Assembly (NCBI GenBank): GCA_041862515.1
Contig: JBGVTJ010000241.1
Location: forward strand, 1,685-65,684
Length of the DNA stretch: 64,000 nt
From: Thermodesulfobacteriota bacterium
GTDB lineage: Bacteria > Desulfobacterota > BSN033 > WVXP01 > G020346125
Direction of reading: 5' to 3'
Shown: positions 20,168 through 31,104 of the stretch, piece after piece
Numbering within the stretch: the first letter of the stretch is position 1
Layout of the letters: each line of letters starts with the position of its first letter
Notes under the pieces: generated by a model
What the model was told of the DNA's origin: nothing
The model's database searches: none
Seen by the model: the letters and a program-made list of their open reading frames with translations, nothing else
Program-made: the position numbers and the translations under genes

Positions 20168-20581
20168 CTACTTTTCCCTCTCCTTTGGCCGCGTGGCGAT
20201 GGCCAGCTTATTAAAACCAGACGTCTTTGCCACATCCATGACCTCCACCACTTTCCCGTGGAGTACCCTTTCATCCGCTTGAATGATAACCATCCCTTCT
20301 GGACTCTCCCTAGCGGCCTTCTTGAGATACTTTCCCAACTCCTCAATACTTACGAGCTTCTGTTGTACAAAGATCTTATCGTCCTTAGACATCACTACCC
20401 TAACTTCTTTCTTCTCCCTGGAGATCTCCGTCGATGACGATGTGGGAAGTTTCACTTTAATCCCCGGGGCCACGATGAAGGTGGTGGACAGCATGAAAAA
20501 GATGAGCAATAGAAAGACGACATCCACCAGAGGTGTCAAATCAAACCTCGATTCCTCCCTTTTCATCGGTTTAAAGTGCAT
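20168..20581 (-). CDS. ExbD/TolR biopolymer transport protein
   Basis: DLTPLVDVVFLLLIFFM motif. Confidence 0.85.
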   Translation of the reverse strand: MHFKPMKREESRFDLTPLVDVVFLLLIFFMLSTTFIVAPGIKVKLPTSSSTEISREKKEVRVVMSKDDKIFVQQKLVSIEELGKYLKKAARESPEGMVIIQADERVLHGKVVEVMDVAKTSGFNKLAIATRPKEREK

Positions 20582-20620
20582 AAACCCTCCCCTTTTCCCA
20601 AGCAGCCCAGTTGTGGATCC

Positions 20621-21229
20621 CTATCGTTCCCTCCCCTTGAGCAGATCAACCATCCGTATTGAGTGTTCTTCCATCTCCACGATCAAGGCATCCGCTTTAT
20701 TGGCCAGATATCGGTAGAGTACGAAAGTCGGAATGGCAACCACCAGTCCCGCTGCCGTCGTGATCAGGGCCTCTGAAATCCCGCCTGCAAGGCTGCTGGG
20801 GTTCCCAACCCCTTGAATTGATATGACGTTAAAAGCCTTGATCATTCCAAAGACCGTCCCCAATAACCCCAAAAGGGGGGCAATGGCTGCGATAGTTCCA
20901 ACTACATTGATATATCGTTCGAGGGTCGCCGCCTCCCTCCTTCCGATCTCCTCGATGCTCTCCTTGACGATCTCCCTTCGTTTACCGAAATTGCGAATCC
21001 CGGCCACAATGATATTGGCCATCGAGGAGTTGTCCTTTCGACATCGGGTAATGGCCTCCGGGATCTTCTCCCGACGAATGAGGTCCTCGATTTCGATCAA
21101 GAAATCCCGAGGAATAACCCTTGATCTCCTTAAACTCCAAAGCCTCTCCAAGAAAATGGCCAGCGCTATGATGGAGCATAAGGCAATGGGAATCATTAAA
21201 ACTCCGCCCTTCACGACAAAATCGTACAT
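20621..21229 (-). CDS. MotA/TolQ/ExbB proton channel protein
   Basis: Three TM helices and the GLLGTVFGMIKAF motif. Confidence 0.85.
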   Translation of the reverse strand: MYDFVVKGGVLMIPIALCSIIALAIFLERLWSLRRSRVIPRDFLIEIEDLIRREKIPEAITRCRKDNSSMANIIVAGIRNFGKRREIVKESIEEIGRREAATLERYINVVGTIAAIAPLLGLLGTVFGMIKAFNVISIQGVGNPSSLAGGISEALITTAAGLVVAIPTFVLYRYLANKADALIVEMEEHSIRMVDLLKGRER

Positions 21230-21242
21230 GACCCCTCCTCTC

Positions 21243-24200
21243 CTATCTCTTAGACATCTCTTCTTCCACCCGTTTCAGCATCTTACGCCCAATCTCCTTC
21301 GTCTCCCCAGATCGGGCGGTATGAAGTAGCTTCCGGTAAATTTGCCGAGCTTCGGACCACCTCTTCTGATCCATATAAACCTGGCCCACCTTCAAAAGGG
21401 CCTCCTCCACATACTCCCCTTGATCATGATAGAGATAGAGTACTTTCATGAGCTCCAGCGTGGCCGACTCCTTATCCCCCAACGCAAGATACGAATCACC
21501 AATTTTCAGTTGGGCAAAGGCAGCCGTGGCCTTATCCGGAGAACCACTGGCCTTTTTAAGGGAAACAACAGCTTCTCGGTAGTTCTGACCATGAATATAG
21601 AGCATTCCCAAATTGAGGGATGCCTCGTAAACGATGGAATCATCGGAATATAATGCGATGAGCCTTTTGAGGGTTTTCTCAGCCCAATCGGGCCTCTTCA
21701 ATATCTGATAGCACTTACTTGCCTTGAGGTAAGATCGCTTATCCCATCCCGACTTGGGAAATCGATAAATGACCCTCTCGTAACTCCTGAGAGCCCTTCT
21801 GAAATCCTCCAGGGCGTAATAACCTTGGCCTATCTTATACCAAGCCTCCGCCACATGGTTACTATCTGGAAAGTGCCGGGTGACTTTTTCATATTCGGCG
21901 ACGGCCTCCGAGAACCGTCTCATATTCATGTATATCTCGCCAATTCTGAACTGAGCATCATCGGCCAGGTCGCTTTTCGGATAGTCTCGGAGCATTTCCC
22001 TATACGCGGAGATTGCCCTATCCCACTGCCCATTCTTCTCATAAAACTCAGCCAATTGGAGTTCCAAATTAGCACCTAAGGGATGGTTTGGATATTTCCG
22101 GAAAAAATCCCCTATCTTTTCGATGAAGCGATCATACTTCCCTTCTTGGTAAAAAGAGAGAATAATCCCATAATCGGCTTCGGGCGCCTCCTTTGAATTG
22201 GGATAACCTTTGATTACCTTCAAGTAACCAAGTACAGCCCTGAGGTACTCCTTGAGGTTGTAATAACTATCCCCGACCCTTAGAAGGGCTTGAGGGACCA
22301 ATGGGCTCGAATGCGCGAAATGTACCAGTCGGGAAAAGACATCTATGGCCTTTTTGAAAGCCCTACTCCTGAAATGGGACATTCCCAACCAAAAATACGC
22401 ATCATCCGCATAAGGACTCTCTGGGAGCTCCTTGAGCATTTCTTCGAATCGTTCCGCAGCTTCCGCGAAATCTCCCAGCTTATAGTGGATCCAACCAGTC
22501 AAAAAATAGGCCTTGTCGAGCTTCTCTCCTCCATAATCCCCATGAGTTAATCGGGTTAAGTGATCCAGCGCCCGCTTATATTGTTTTAAATTAAAGTAGG
22601 CTTCTGCCAAGAGGACGGTAGCTTCAGGAGTAAGGTCATGGTCTGGGTAGGTTTCAACCAGTTGATTGAAGTACGAGGCCGCCTTCCTCCACTTTCCCAG
22701 CTGGAAATAATACCATCCTAAGCTATTGAGGGCCTTCCCATAGTAAAAACCGTTATTCACCAGTTCCCCGAAATAACTTGTTGCCTCGGCGTAATTCTTC
22801 AATAAGAGATTAGCCTCCCCGATCCAATAGATGACCTCATCCCTCGGGGAGAAATCGGGATGTCCCGAAAGGATCGACTTCCAATAATGAATGGCCTCCT
22901 TATACGACTTTTCCTGGAATAGAGAAAGACCAATTTTGAACAGGGCTTGATCGGCTAAAGGACTATCGGGATATCCATCAATGAGGACCTGATAGGAGTT
23001 AATGGCATTTCGGTAGTCCTTCAGATTATAAAAAGAGTCCCCGATATTGAAGTATACTTTGTCCTTCAGTTCAGTCATCGGATATAACTTGACGAGGTCC
23101 CGATAAGATTCGATAGCCTTTTGAAATTCCCCCTCCTGGAAATAGTAATAAGCGATTTCGTTAAGCGCAGTACTCCCCCAAGTCGATTGGACGTAGCGTT
23201 TCGTAAATTCTCCGTGGTATTGGATCGCCTTATCCATCTCCCCTTGGCCCAGGTAGGATTTAGTCAAACCGTAATAAATGATTTCGGCCAATTTGGTCTC
23301 GGGGAATCTTAACAGCAACTCCTCGAATACCGAGGCCGAATCTCCATATCTGCTCAGGGAGACCAAGCTCCAGCCCAACCCATAGAGTGAATTCTCCAAT
23401 AAGGGGTGCAACGCAAAGTCCGCATTAAAGGACCTGAAAGCCTGTTCCGCCTCCTCGAATTGCCTGAGATGAAAAAGGTTGGCACCTATGAGGTATTGAG
23501 TCTCAGTCCTCAGGTTGCCCTGGGGAAATCTCTCCACTAAATGACGGAACTTTTCCAATCCTCCATCGTAATTATTCATGTTAATTAATGACTCCGCTGC
23601 CCAGAAGAGTGCTGATTCCGCAATGGGGCCCTCGGGACGTAGTGTATACGCTTTGTCGAGAAATTGGTACGCGCTTTCGTACTGACCTTGTTTCAAATAG
23701 ATCCATCCGGCTGAATAATAGGAGTAATCGATGAGTCTGTCCTTGGGATATCGATTGATCACCTCGAGGAAATACTTCAGTGCCTCCTCCACTCGATTGA
23801 GGTGAAGCTTGGACTCCCCCAACCAATAGTATGCCGATCCTACGAGGGGATTCTCTGAGTGGTTGATAATGAACTTTTCAAATGACTCAATGGCATCCCC
23901 ATAATTCTCCTTCAGATAGCGATATTTCCCCTGTTTATAGAGGGCAAGTTCTCCCTCAAAGACTTTTGCCACGGAGGTACTGAGAGAACTGAAATAGGCG
24001 CAACCCGGGGATTTGGTCGCCGGTCTCACCTTCCGCAACTGAGCCATCATCTCCTCGTCCGCGGTCCTATATTCAATCTTCGGTTCGGCCTTAAACCCTT
24101 GGGCCGCGACAACAGGAAGGGGAATCTTCCGGTAGTCGGTAAGCTTCGATTCATCGGGGCTCGTAATGACGACCTCTGGGAGACTTATCCGAAGCTGCTC

Positions 24201-24296
24201 TTCGGTGCCCTTCAGCTTTGGAACAAGGGAGATGCAAAGGAGGGCAAAAAATGAGAAGGCCGTGGCAAATTTTATCGCTTTCTTGAACATGGACAA
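21243..24296 (-). CDS. Large secreted TPR-repeat protein (1017 aa)
   Basis: Signal peptide followed by more than 20 tetratricopeptide-like repeats (AxxYYxxGxxxxxxGxYxxA pattern throughout). Confidence 0.8.
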   Translation of the reverse strand: MSMFKKAIKFATAFSFFALLCISLVPKLKGTEEQLRISLPEVVITSPDESKLTDYRKIPLPVVAAQGFKAEPKIEYRTADEEMMAQLRKVRPATKSPGCAYFSSLSTSVAKVFEGELALYKQGKYRYLKENYGDAIESFEKFIINHSENPLVGSAYYWLGESKLHLNRVEEALKYFLEVINRYPKDRLIDYSYYSAGWIYLKQGQYESAYQFLDKAYTLRPEGPIAESALFWAAESLINMNNYDGGLEKFRHLVERFPQGNLRTETQYLIGANLFHLRQFEEAEQAFRSFNADFALHPLLENSLYGLGWSLVSLSRYGDSASVFEELLLRFPETKLAEIIYYGLTKSYLGQGEMDKAIQYHGEFTKRYVQSTWGSTALNEIAYYYFQEGEFQKAIESYRDLVKLYPMTELKDKVYFNIGDSFYNLKDYRNAINSYQVLIDGYPDSPLADQALFKIGLSLFQEKSYKEAIHYWKSILSGHPDFSPRDEVIYWIGEANLLLKNYAEATSYFGELVNNGFYYGKALNSLGWYYFQLGKWRKAASYFNQLVETYPDHDLTPEATVLLAEAYFNLKQYKRALDHLTRLTHGDYGGEKLDKAYFLTGWIHYKLGDFAEAAERFEEMLKELPESPYADDAYFWLGMSHFRSRAFKKAIDVFSRLVHFAHSSPLVPQALLRVGDSYYNLKEYLRAVLGYLKVIKGYPNSKEAPEADYGIILSFYQEGKYDRFIEKIGDFFRKYPNHPLGANLELQLAEFYEKNGQWDRAISAYREMLRDYPKSDLADDAQFRIGEIYMNMRRFSEAVAEYEKVTRHFPDSNHVAEAWYKIGQGYYALEDFRRALRSYERVIYRFPKSGWDKRSYLKASKCYQILKRPDWAEKTLKRLIALYSDDSIVYEASLNLGMLYIHGQNYREAVVSLKKASGSPDKATAAFAQLKIGDSYLALGDKESATLELMKVLYLYHDQGEYVEEALLKVGQVYMDQKRWSEARQIYRKLLHTARSGETKEIGRKMLKRVEEEMSKR

Positions 24297-24403
24297 TCCC
24301 TCAAAGGGAAATGTTCCATCGGCCTTTAGGATAAATCAAAAAAAATTTATCAGAATCAAGACCCCTTGTCAAGGAAGTAGCTTTTCCTGCACGGGTTAGA
24401 GAC

Positions 24404-24805
24404 CTATTGGGGTTTAACGGAATTACGGAGCTTCTTGAGCTCTGTAAGGGGCATTTTTGTGCCCTTTGTTTCTCCAGTATCCAGTACCAGTATGTGATAT
24501 CGTTCATGAGAAAACACCCTTGCCGCTTCCCTTGGATACCTCATGGAGTGATTCTCTCGTGGGTCCCAACCGGGCAAGACTAATCCCTTCTTGCTCACCC
24601 TTCTTCCGCACATTACGATCGGGGCGGGGGCAACGATTTCCTCCAGAAAATCATGAAACTTCAGCCGAAGTTCTGTTGACAACCGCGGTAAGAGGTGGTA
24701 GCCCATAGGAGGTTTGTTGAGAAATTGGTATTTCGGTGCGCTCATTTTTTTGGGGATTTTCCTCTCTCCTGACAGGACCAAATCCGATAACCCGAGAAAT
24801 TGCAT
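24404..24805 (-). CDS. Hypothetical protein
   Basis: 133-aa ORF with no recognisable family; true start uncertain. Confidence 0.3.
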   Translation of the reverse strand: MQFLGLSDLVLSGERKIPKKMSAPKYQFLNKPPMGYHLLPRLSTELRLKFHDFLEEIVAPAPIVMCGRRVSKKGLVLPGWDPRENHSMRYPREAARVFSHERYHILVLDTGETKGTKMPLTELKKLRNSVKPQ

Positions 24806-24809
24806 CCAA

Positions 24810-25457
24810 ATGGATTTTCATTCAATAAAAGAGGAAATGGTGGAAACCCAAATCCGGGCAAGGGGGATCAAGGATGATGCTGTATTAAGAGCCATGCGCA
24901 ACGTTGATAGACACAAGTTTGTTCCCGAAGAGATACGTCACCAGGCCTATTCCGATCGACCGTTGCCTATTGGTGAGGGACAGACCATTTCCCAGCCTTA
25001 CATCGTAGCCTTAATGACGGAATTGCTTGAATTAAAAAAGGGAGATACGGTTTTGGAAGTAGGCACGGGATCGGGTTACCAGGCTGCAATCTTGGCAGAG
25101 CTGGCGGACTACGTCTACACAATTGAAATCATCGAGTCCCTGGCCGTGTCCGCAGAGAGGCTTCTGAGGGAATTGGGTTACGGAAATATCGACGTCAAAA
25201 CGGGGGATGGCTACATTGGCTGGAAGGAATTTGCGCCCTTCGATGCCATCATCGTAACCGCTGCCCCACCCCATGTCCCTCACCCCTTACTCGATCAGCT
25301 CAAGGAAGGGGGAAGGCTCGTTATCCCCGTTGGGGATTATTATCAGGAGCTCAAAAAGATCACCAAGGTAAAAGGGCAGATCAAAAGCCAGAATGTCACC
25401 CCAGTGGTATTCGTTCCCATGACTGGTGAGCATGTCAAGAGTGGAGGAAAGAGGTGA
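24810..25457 (+). CDS. pcm: Protein-L-isoaspartate O-methyltransferase
   Basis: [17 protein letters not shown] and [16 protein letters not shown] motifs; start at the ATG at 24810 gives the typical 215 aa. Confidence 0.85.
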   Translation: MDFHSIKEEMVETQIRARGIKDDAVLRAMRNVDRHKFVPEEIRHQAYSDRPLPIGEGQTISQPYIVALMTELLELKKGDTVLEVGTGSGYQAAILAELADYVYTIEIIESLAVSAERLLRELGYGNIDVKTGDGYIGWKEFAPFDAIIVTAAPPHVPHPLLDQLKEGGRLVIPVGDYYQELKKITKVKGQIKSQNVTPVVFVPMTGEHVKSGGKR

Positions 25458-25466
25458 AAGATGTAA

Positions 25467-26819
25467 TCATCCCTTCCCTTTACGCCATTTATCAAGCCGC
25501 TTCCTAATTTCTCCCTCATAACCCTGATTCGAGGGCCGGTAATAAATCCTTCCCTTAAGGTCCTCAGGAAGATAATTCTCCTCCACGTAATGGCCTGGAA
25601 AGTCATGGGGATATTTATATCCCTTTCCGTAACCCAATTCCTTCATCAGTTTCGTGGGGGCATTCCTCAAATGAAGGGGAACCTTGAGGGAAAGGGTCCG
25701 TTGTATGTCCTTCTGAACATCGCGATATGCCGTATAGAGAGCATTGCTCTTGGGGGCCACGGCCAGATAAACGGCAGCCTGAGCAAGCGCCAGATTTCCT
25801 TCCGGCAATCCTACAAAATTGAATGCTTGCATTGCAGCTACCGCCACTTGAAGGGCCTGAGGATCTGCATTTCCAATATCCTCAGATGCAAATCGAACCA
25901 TTCGCCTGGCGATATAAAGCGGATGTTCACCCGCTTCCAGCATCCTGGCGAGCCAGTAGAGGGCAGCATCGGGATCGCTTCCCCTGAGGCTCTTATGGAG
26001 AGCAGAAATGAGGTTATAGTGTTCCTCCCCATTTTTATCGTAGAGCAACGCCTTTCGCTGCATCACCGCTTCCAGGGTTTTCAGGGTAATCCTCCTCACT
26101 TGTCTCCTGCCTGGGAGTGTAGTTATCGCTGCCATTTCCAGGACATTGAGAGCAATCCTGGCATCCCCATCTGCCATGGCAGAAATGTGATCGAGGAGGT
26201 GGGGTGCCACCTCGACGGGAAATTTCCCCAATCCCCTCTCCTCATCATTCAAGGCCCGGTTAAGGATCACGAGTATTTCATCCTTCGTCAAGGGGTTTAG
26301 CGTGAAAACCCGTGTCCGCGATAAAAGGGGCGAGATTACCTCGAAGGACGGATTTTCCGTTGTCGCCCCGATGAGGATCAAAAGGCCGCTTTCTACATGG
26401 GGGAGGAATGCATCCTGCTGGGCTTTGTTAAACCGATGGATTTCATCGACGAACAAGATAGTCTTTCGACGGTGGAAACGCCGCTGGCCCTCCGCCTCCT
26501 TGATCACCTCCCTTATCTCCTTCACTCCTGACAAAACGGCGCTGAAGGAAATGAAATGAGAATTCGTTACGGAGGCGATAATCCTGGCGAGGGTTGTCTT
26601 ACCGGAACCGGGAGGTCCCCAAAAGATCATCGATTGAAGCTGATCCCTTTCGATGCCATTCCGGAGGGGCTTCCCCTTGCCCAAGAGATGCTCCTGGCCA
26701 AGGAACTCCAAAAGAGAGGTAGGCCGCATCCGATCGGCCAGGGGTGCAAAGGCCTTCCCGATTTCCTCTGCCTGAGGATCGAATAAACCCCGGTCCGATC
26801 TTAGGCTTGGATCCTTCAT
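25467..26819 (-). CDS. rarA: Replication-associated recombination protein A (AAA+ ATPase)
   Basis: Walker A GPPGSGKTTLARIIA plus the MgsA C-terminal region. Confidence 0.9.
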   Translation of the reverse strand: MKDPSLRSDRGLFDPQAEEIGKAFAPLADRMRPTSLLEFLGQEHLLGKGKPLRNGIERDQLQSMIFWGPPGSGKTTLARIIASVTNSHFISFSAVLSGVKEIREVIKEAEGQRRFHRRKTILFVDEIHRFNKAQQDAFLPHVESGLLILIGATTENPSFEVISPLLSRTRVFTLNPLTKDEILVILNRALNDEERGLGKFPVEVAPHLLDHISAMADGDARIALNVLEMAAITTLPGRRQVRRITLKTLEAVMQRKALLYDKNGEEHYNLISALHKSLRGSDPDAALYWLARMLEAGEHPLYIARRMVRFASEDIGNADPQALQVAVAAMQAFNFVGLPEGNLALAQAAVYLAVAPKSNALYTAYRDVQKDIQRTLSLKVPLHLRNAPTKLMKELGYGKGYKYPHDFPGHYVEENYLPEDLKGRIYYRPSNQGYEGEIRKRLDKWRKGKG

Positions 26820-26894
26820 GAACTTCCCCTGAAGTCGATTACCAGTCAGTTAGCTCAGGGACATCGGGCTCCTTCATAGAGTCACAAAACCCCT

Positions 26895-27091
26895 GAGATC
26901 TCTGAAAAACTGAGAAAAATGAGCTCTGAGCGCGAATTAAGATTTTTTCGGTAACCATTCTGAGTGAAGCGAAACGACCGCAAATTCAATGTTTGAGCCG
27001 AAAAGGCGAGTTTTGAATTTGCAGTGAAGCGAACGTTAGAATGGTTGGAAAAATATTTTGAGCACCGAAGAGCGATCTTTTCAGAGATCTC
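26895..27091. repeat. MITE-like dispersed repeat (family 1), complete copy with outer inverted ends gagatctctgaaaa ... ttttcagagatctc
   Basis: Near-identical reverse complement of 50862..51031. Confidence 0.55.
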
Positions 27092-27159
27092 CCCCCCACA
27101 TTTGACATCTCCCTGAAACCATACTATTATACGCCTCGGTCCAAGTCAAGCGCTATTCA

Positions 27160-27576
27160 ATGAGACAAGGGGTTGCGGCCATGAAGGTAGAGTATTACGG
27201 CTATTGTTGGATCTGTGGTGAGAAGAATCCGGGGGGATTTCAACTAAAATTCGACCTCAACAAGAACGAAAAGACCATGCGGACAAGCTTTATCCCGACG
27301 GAAACCTACCAAGGCTATGATGGGATCGTCCATGGGGGAATCCTTTCGGCCTTATTGGATGAAGCCATGGCTAAACTCGCCTTTGAATTGGGCTATAATG
27401 CCGTGACGGCCATGCTAAACATCCGGTTTAAGAGCCCCGCCAAGGTAAAGGAAAAACTTATGGTCAGGGGTGAAATTACCGAGGTCAATCGTAGGCTAGT
27501 CCTAGCCAAAGCCACAATTCATAGAGAAGACGGGACCCTCATAGCTGAGGGAGATTCCAAATTGGTACGGAAATAG
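27160..27576 (+). CDS. PaaI/hotdog-fold thioesterase with an N-terminal CxxC motif
   Basis: GIVHGGILSALLDEAMA hotdog block. Confidence 0.75.
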   Translation: MRQGVAAMKVEYYGYCWICGEKNPGGFQLKFDLNKNEKTMRTSFIPTETYQGYDGIVHGGILSALLDEAMAKLAFELGYNAVTAMLNIRFKSPAKVKEKLMVRGEITEVNRRLVLAKATIHREDGTLIAEGDSKLVRK

Positions 27577-27580
27577 AAAG

Positions 27581-28420
27581 TCAGAGCTTCAAAAGCTGGT
27601 TGATGTTTTGTCCCAATATTTTACGCCTTTCTTCTTCCCCGAGCCCCGAATCTTCCATCTCTTCGATGTAACGCCCCGGGGGTATGAGGGGATAATCGCT
27701 CCCGAAGAGAATTTTGTCTGCTCCTACGATAGTTACCGCCACGGAGTAGATCCTCCTCCGATAGAGAAGGGGGGAGGCCGCTGTATCGTACCAGGTCTTC
27801 TCAGCGGCCTTGGCCACCTCGGGCATCAGTTCGTAGAAAAAGAATCCCCCCCCCCAATGGGCCAGGAGGATCCGAACCCTGGGAAATGCGCGGATGAGAT
27901 CATAGAGAGATTTCAATGGGGTATTACACTTACCCGGATATGAATGTCCCACCATTTCGTTGCTGTGGAGCATCAACGGGAGGTCGGCTTCCTCCAGGAT
28001 TTGACAGATGGGCCTCAGCGAGTCGATATCGTAGAAAGAGGTAGCGGGAGGATAGGATGCCAATTCCCCGATGCCCTTCATTCCCAGGCTGATGCAACGC
28101 TTGGTCTCCTCAATGGCCTCATCCCCATGACTCGGCTGAATACAGCCAAACCCGATAATTCGCCCGGGAAATTGACGCATACCTTCCACAATGTAGTCAT
28201 TTCCTGCGGAACACAAAACGCTATCCGACCAGGGAAATCCACACACCACGGCCTTGTCGATGCCTCCCTCATCCATTGATCGAATCAATTCCTCCACCCC
28301 TACCATTTTCGCCTTCTCATTCTTGTAGATCTCTCCGAAGGCCAAGTCCTTTTGGGAATACTTTCCGCGATTCCTCCTCACCTCGTCTGGAAAGACATGG
28401 GTGTGGCAGTCGATGATCAT
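27581..28420 (-). CDS. Amidohydrolase-2 family metal-dependent hydrolase
   Basis: MIIDCHTHVFP N-terminal metal-binding motif, TIM-barrel family. Confidence 0.75.
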   Translation of the reverse strand: MIIDCHTHVFPDEVRRNRGKYSQKDLAFGEIYKNEKAKMVGVEELIRSMDEGGIDKAVVCGFPWSDSVLCSAGNDYIVEGMRQFPGRIIGFGCIQPSHGDEAIEETKRCISLGMKGIGELASYPPATSFYDIDSLRPICQILEEADLPLMLHSNEMVGHSYPGKCNTPLKSLYDLIRAFPRVRILLAHWGGGFFFYELMPEVAKAAEKTWYDTAASPLLYRRRIYSVAVTIVGADKILFGSDYPLIPPGRYIEEMEDSGLGEEERRKILGQNINQLLKL

Positions 28421-28440
28421 CGCCCTCGCTCCTCAGCTTT

Positions 28441-29025
28441 TTAAAGCCTCCCCTTGGTAAAGCCATGCCGCCCCAACATCTTACCCAAGCTCCAATATTC
28501 ACGGGATCCCGCACAATATGCGACGGGAAGGGCCTTTGCGATATCAATCCATCTCTTCTCTTTTAAGACCGTATCATCGATGTGTATGGCCACGATCTCC
28601 CCAAGGAAGAGGTCGTGGCTTCCTAAGGGGATGATTCTCTTGACCATACATTCCAGATTGACGGGACATTCCTCGATGAGGGGGGGCAAAACCTCCTGAG
28701 CCTGTATGGGGGTAAACCCGGTTTCCGAAAACTTATCCACATCCCTTCCCGAAACAACTCCACAGAGGTCGACTTCTCTGATCATTTCCTCCGAGGGGAT
28801 ATTTACAACGAACTCCTGAGAAGCCTTAACCAATCCATGGGAATACCGACCGGGCCTTATCGAAATGGAGACCATGGGGGGGTCCGAGTTGACCATCCCC
28901 ACCCAGGCGAGGGTAATGATGTTCGGTTGCCCGGATGCATCCGCACAGGTGACTAACATGACGGGAAGGGGAAACATCCCCGTCGTCGGCTTGAAGTTCA
29001 CCTTGCTCATATCCACCTCCATCAA
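28441..29025 (-). CDS. Flavin reductase-like domain protein
   Basis: FPLPVMLVTCADASGQPNIITLAWVGMV block. Confidence 0.8.
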   Translation of the reverse strand: MMEVDMSKVNFKPTTGMFPLPVMLVTCADASGQPNIITLAWVGMVNSDPPMVSISIRPGRYSHGLVKASQEFVVNIPSEEMIREVDLCGVVSGRDVDKFSETGFTPIQAQEVLPPLIEECPVNLECMVKRIIPLGSHDLFLGEIVAIHIDDTVLKEKRWIDIAKALPVAYCAGSREYWSLGKMLGRHGFTKGRL

Positions 29026-29630
29026 AGAAAAGGGCTGACATCTCCTTTTCCCCTTCGGATTACCCGGGGGACTTCATCGGTTAGATCGATAATGCTCGAA
29101 TGCTCTGCCACGATAATTCCCCCATCGATGACTAAATCGAGGCTTTTGCCAAAACGTTCGTCGATTTCCCGGGGATCACTGTAAAGCTCTTCGTCCGGCC
29201 GGTATACACTTGTACTAATGATGGCATGGCCCAATCCCTTTACAAGGGCGAGACAAATGGGATTGTCCGGAACCCGAATCCCAACGGTCTTCTGCTTAGT
29301 CATCACCATCTTGGGAACCAACTTCGTGGCCTCTAGGATGAAGGTATATGCTCCGGGCAGAAGTCGCCTCATCGTTTTATAGGCATAATTCGAAACGTAG
29401 GCATATCGACTGATATCCTTCAAATCCGAACAGATAAAGCTCAGGGGTTTGCTCCGATTATGCTTCTTGAGCCTGTAGACCTTCTCGATGGCTTCTTTAT
29501 TGAAGAGGTCACATCCTATCCCGTAGATAGTATCCGTGGGATAACCGATCACCCCTCCCTTTTCCAGCACCTCGATGACCCTTTTTATCAACCTGAGCTG
29601 AGGGTTTTGGGGATTGATACTGATAATCAT
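29022..29630 (-). CDS. tsaC: L-threonylcarbamoyladenylate synthase (YrdC/TsaC type)
   Basis: GGVIGYPTDTIYGIGCD motif; 4-nt overlap with the downstream gene. Confidence 0.85.
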   Translation of the reverse strand: MIISINPQNPQLRLIKRVIEVLEKGGVIGYPTDTIYGIGCDLFNKEAIEKVYRLKKHNRSKPLSFICSDLKDISRYAYVSNYAYKTMRRLLPGAYTFILEATKLVPKMVMTKQKTVGIRVPDNPICLALVKGLGHAIISTSVYRPDEELYSDPREIDERFGKSLDLVIDGGIIVAEHSSIIDLTDEVPRVIRRGKGDVSPFL

Positions 29631-29907
29631 GGATCATTCCTCCTTCCCAGTCTATATCACCTCCATCATGATTAAAACATTATCAAAAAATTTCCCCGTT
29701 AAATCAAGGCATTCTCATGGGGTTTACTGAGCTCTAGGAGAATTCTCTCTCCATGGGCGAAAACCTTGCTCGGCAGCGAACTGATCTATCCCGATACGAG
29801 AATCAGGAGAAAGGGACTCGGAAACTTCCACCTCTCTCGCTTTGCCCAAGGGTATGGGGCCTCATGGGAAGAAGGTTTCCAAGTCGAGGCCCCCGATGCG
29901 AATTGCG

Positions 29908-30528
29908 TCAACGGGTAGGCTGGGTGAATGAACGGGAGAAGCTCATCAAATGCCTCTCCACGGAGTGTGGGAAATGAGGATAGTGCTTTTTCGAAAACGC
30001 CATGGCCATCCCATACTCGTCGACGATATCATACCTGGGTTTGACCCGGTCCCCGTCTAAGGAGCCCCGTGGCCTCGAGCTGACCGAAGGGAAATATATG
30101 TAAAGGGTCCCGATGTAGATGGTTTTTTTGGGTAAGATATCGAAATAGACGCATAAAGGCTCAATCGTATTGGCCTGCCCCCCGGGAAAACCATAGACCC
30201 ATTTCCACAGGGTATACTCGTCAGGGGGTAACCTCAAGTAAAAATACCCATCTCCCCTGAGATAGTGCGAAACTCTCAATGGGGAACGCCTTCCCCTGAT
30301 GAATATTCGAAATGAAGTGTTGGCTGAGGAGTCTATTTGGGAACTTTCCCAGGATTTTTCGATGCCGTCCTCCACTACCCCAATCCTGCCAAGGACCACG
30401 GCGTCACCGCTATGATTCCCATAAAAATATTCAATCTCTACGTTCCCAATTTTCTTCACGCAGGACGGAACAAAGAGAATCCAGAGGACAAGACTAATCT
30501 CTATGAACTTCCAACTCCTCACCATGGA
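29908..30528 (-). CDS. Possible exported or lipoprotein (hypothetical), low confidence
   Basis: Hydrophobic N-terminus with a VPSC lipobox-like site; the longer upstream extension overlaps the DUF2914 gene and is probably not translated. Confidence 0.25.
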   Translation of the reverse strand, partial: SMVRSWKFIEISLVLWILFVPSCVKKIGNVEIEYFYGNHSGDAVVLGRIGVVEDGIEKSWESSQIDSSANTSFRIFIRGRRSPLRVSHYLRGDGYFYLRLPPDEYTLWKWVYGFPGGQANTIEPLCVYFDILPKKTIYIGTLYIYFPSVSSRPRGSLDGDRVKPRYDIVDEYGMAMAFSKKHYPHFPHSVERHLMSFSRSFTQPTR

Positions 30529-30675
30529 ATGGATCCAGGAGAATACCATCACTGCCTTCTCCCCACATATAGGCATATTCCGCCCCAAAGTCAAGTTGCT
30601 CGTTATCGATTTGACATATCCAAATCCCCAGGTATAAATAAGAAGAAGAGACCCTCGATGAAAGGAGGAAGCGAA

Positions 30676-31104
30676 ATGATAAGAAGGAAAGTAATGGCGT
30701 TGGCCCTGTTTGCAATTTTCACCCTGGCCCTTCTTCAACCCCCTCGTATCCAGGGCGAAAAGCCGGCTACCGAGGTAAAACCCAACGTGCCTTCGGTTCA
30801 AGAAGCGGTGATCTGTGAAAAAGTTGAAAATCGGACTCCCTGGGGAATCAGGGAAGCCTACCCATCTACCATTGGCAACCTTTTCTGTTTTGCTCACCTT
30901 ACGGAGATCCCCTCGGAGGGAACGATCTACCACGTCTGGTACTACGGGAACAAGGAAATAGCAAAGGTGGGGCTTTCCATCTCGCCGCCCCAGTGGAGGA
31001 CCTGGAGTTCAAAAATAATCCTCCCGGATTGGAAGGGCGATTGGAAGGTGGAGATCGTCTTGGGGGATCACATCTTGCAGACAGTTACCTTCATCATCGA
31101 ATGA
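30676..31104 (+). CDS. Secreted DUF2914-like small protein
   Basis: RBS AAAGGAGGA precedes the ATG at 30676; signal peptide MIRRKVMALALFAIFTLALL; domain assignment is from memory. Confidence 0.55.
   Translation: MIRRKVMALALFAIFTLALLQPPRIQGEKPATEVKPNVPSVQEAVICEKVENRTPWGIREAYPSTIGNLFCFAHLTEIPSEGTIYHVWYYGNKEIAKVGLSISPPQWRTWSSKIILPDWKGDWKVEIVLGDHILQTVTFIIE

Noticed and set aside
29908-30933. 341-aa ORF on the minus strand
   Set aside because: Its upstream two-fifths overlap the well-supported DUF2914 gene with its RBS on the plus strand and read as non-protein-like; only the downstream ~200 aa were kept as a low-confidence feature
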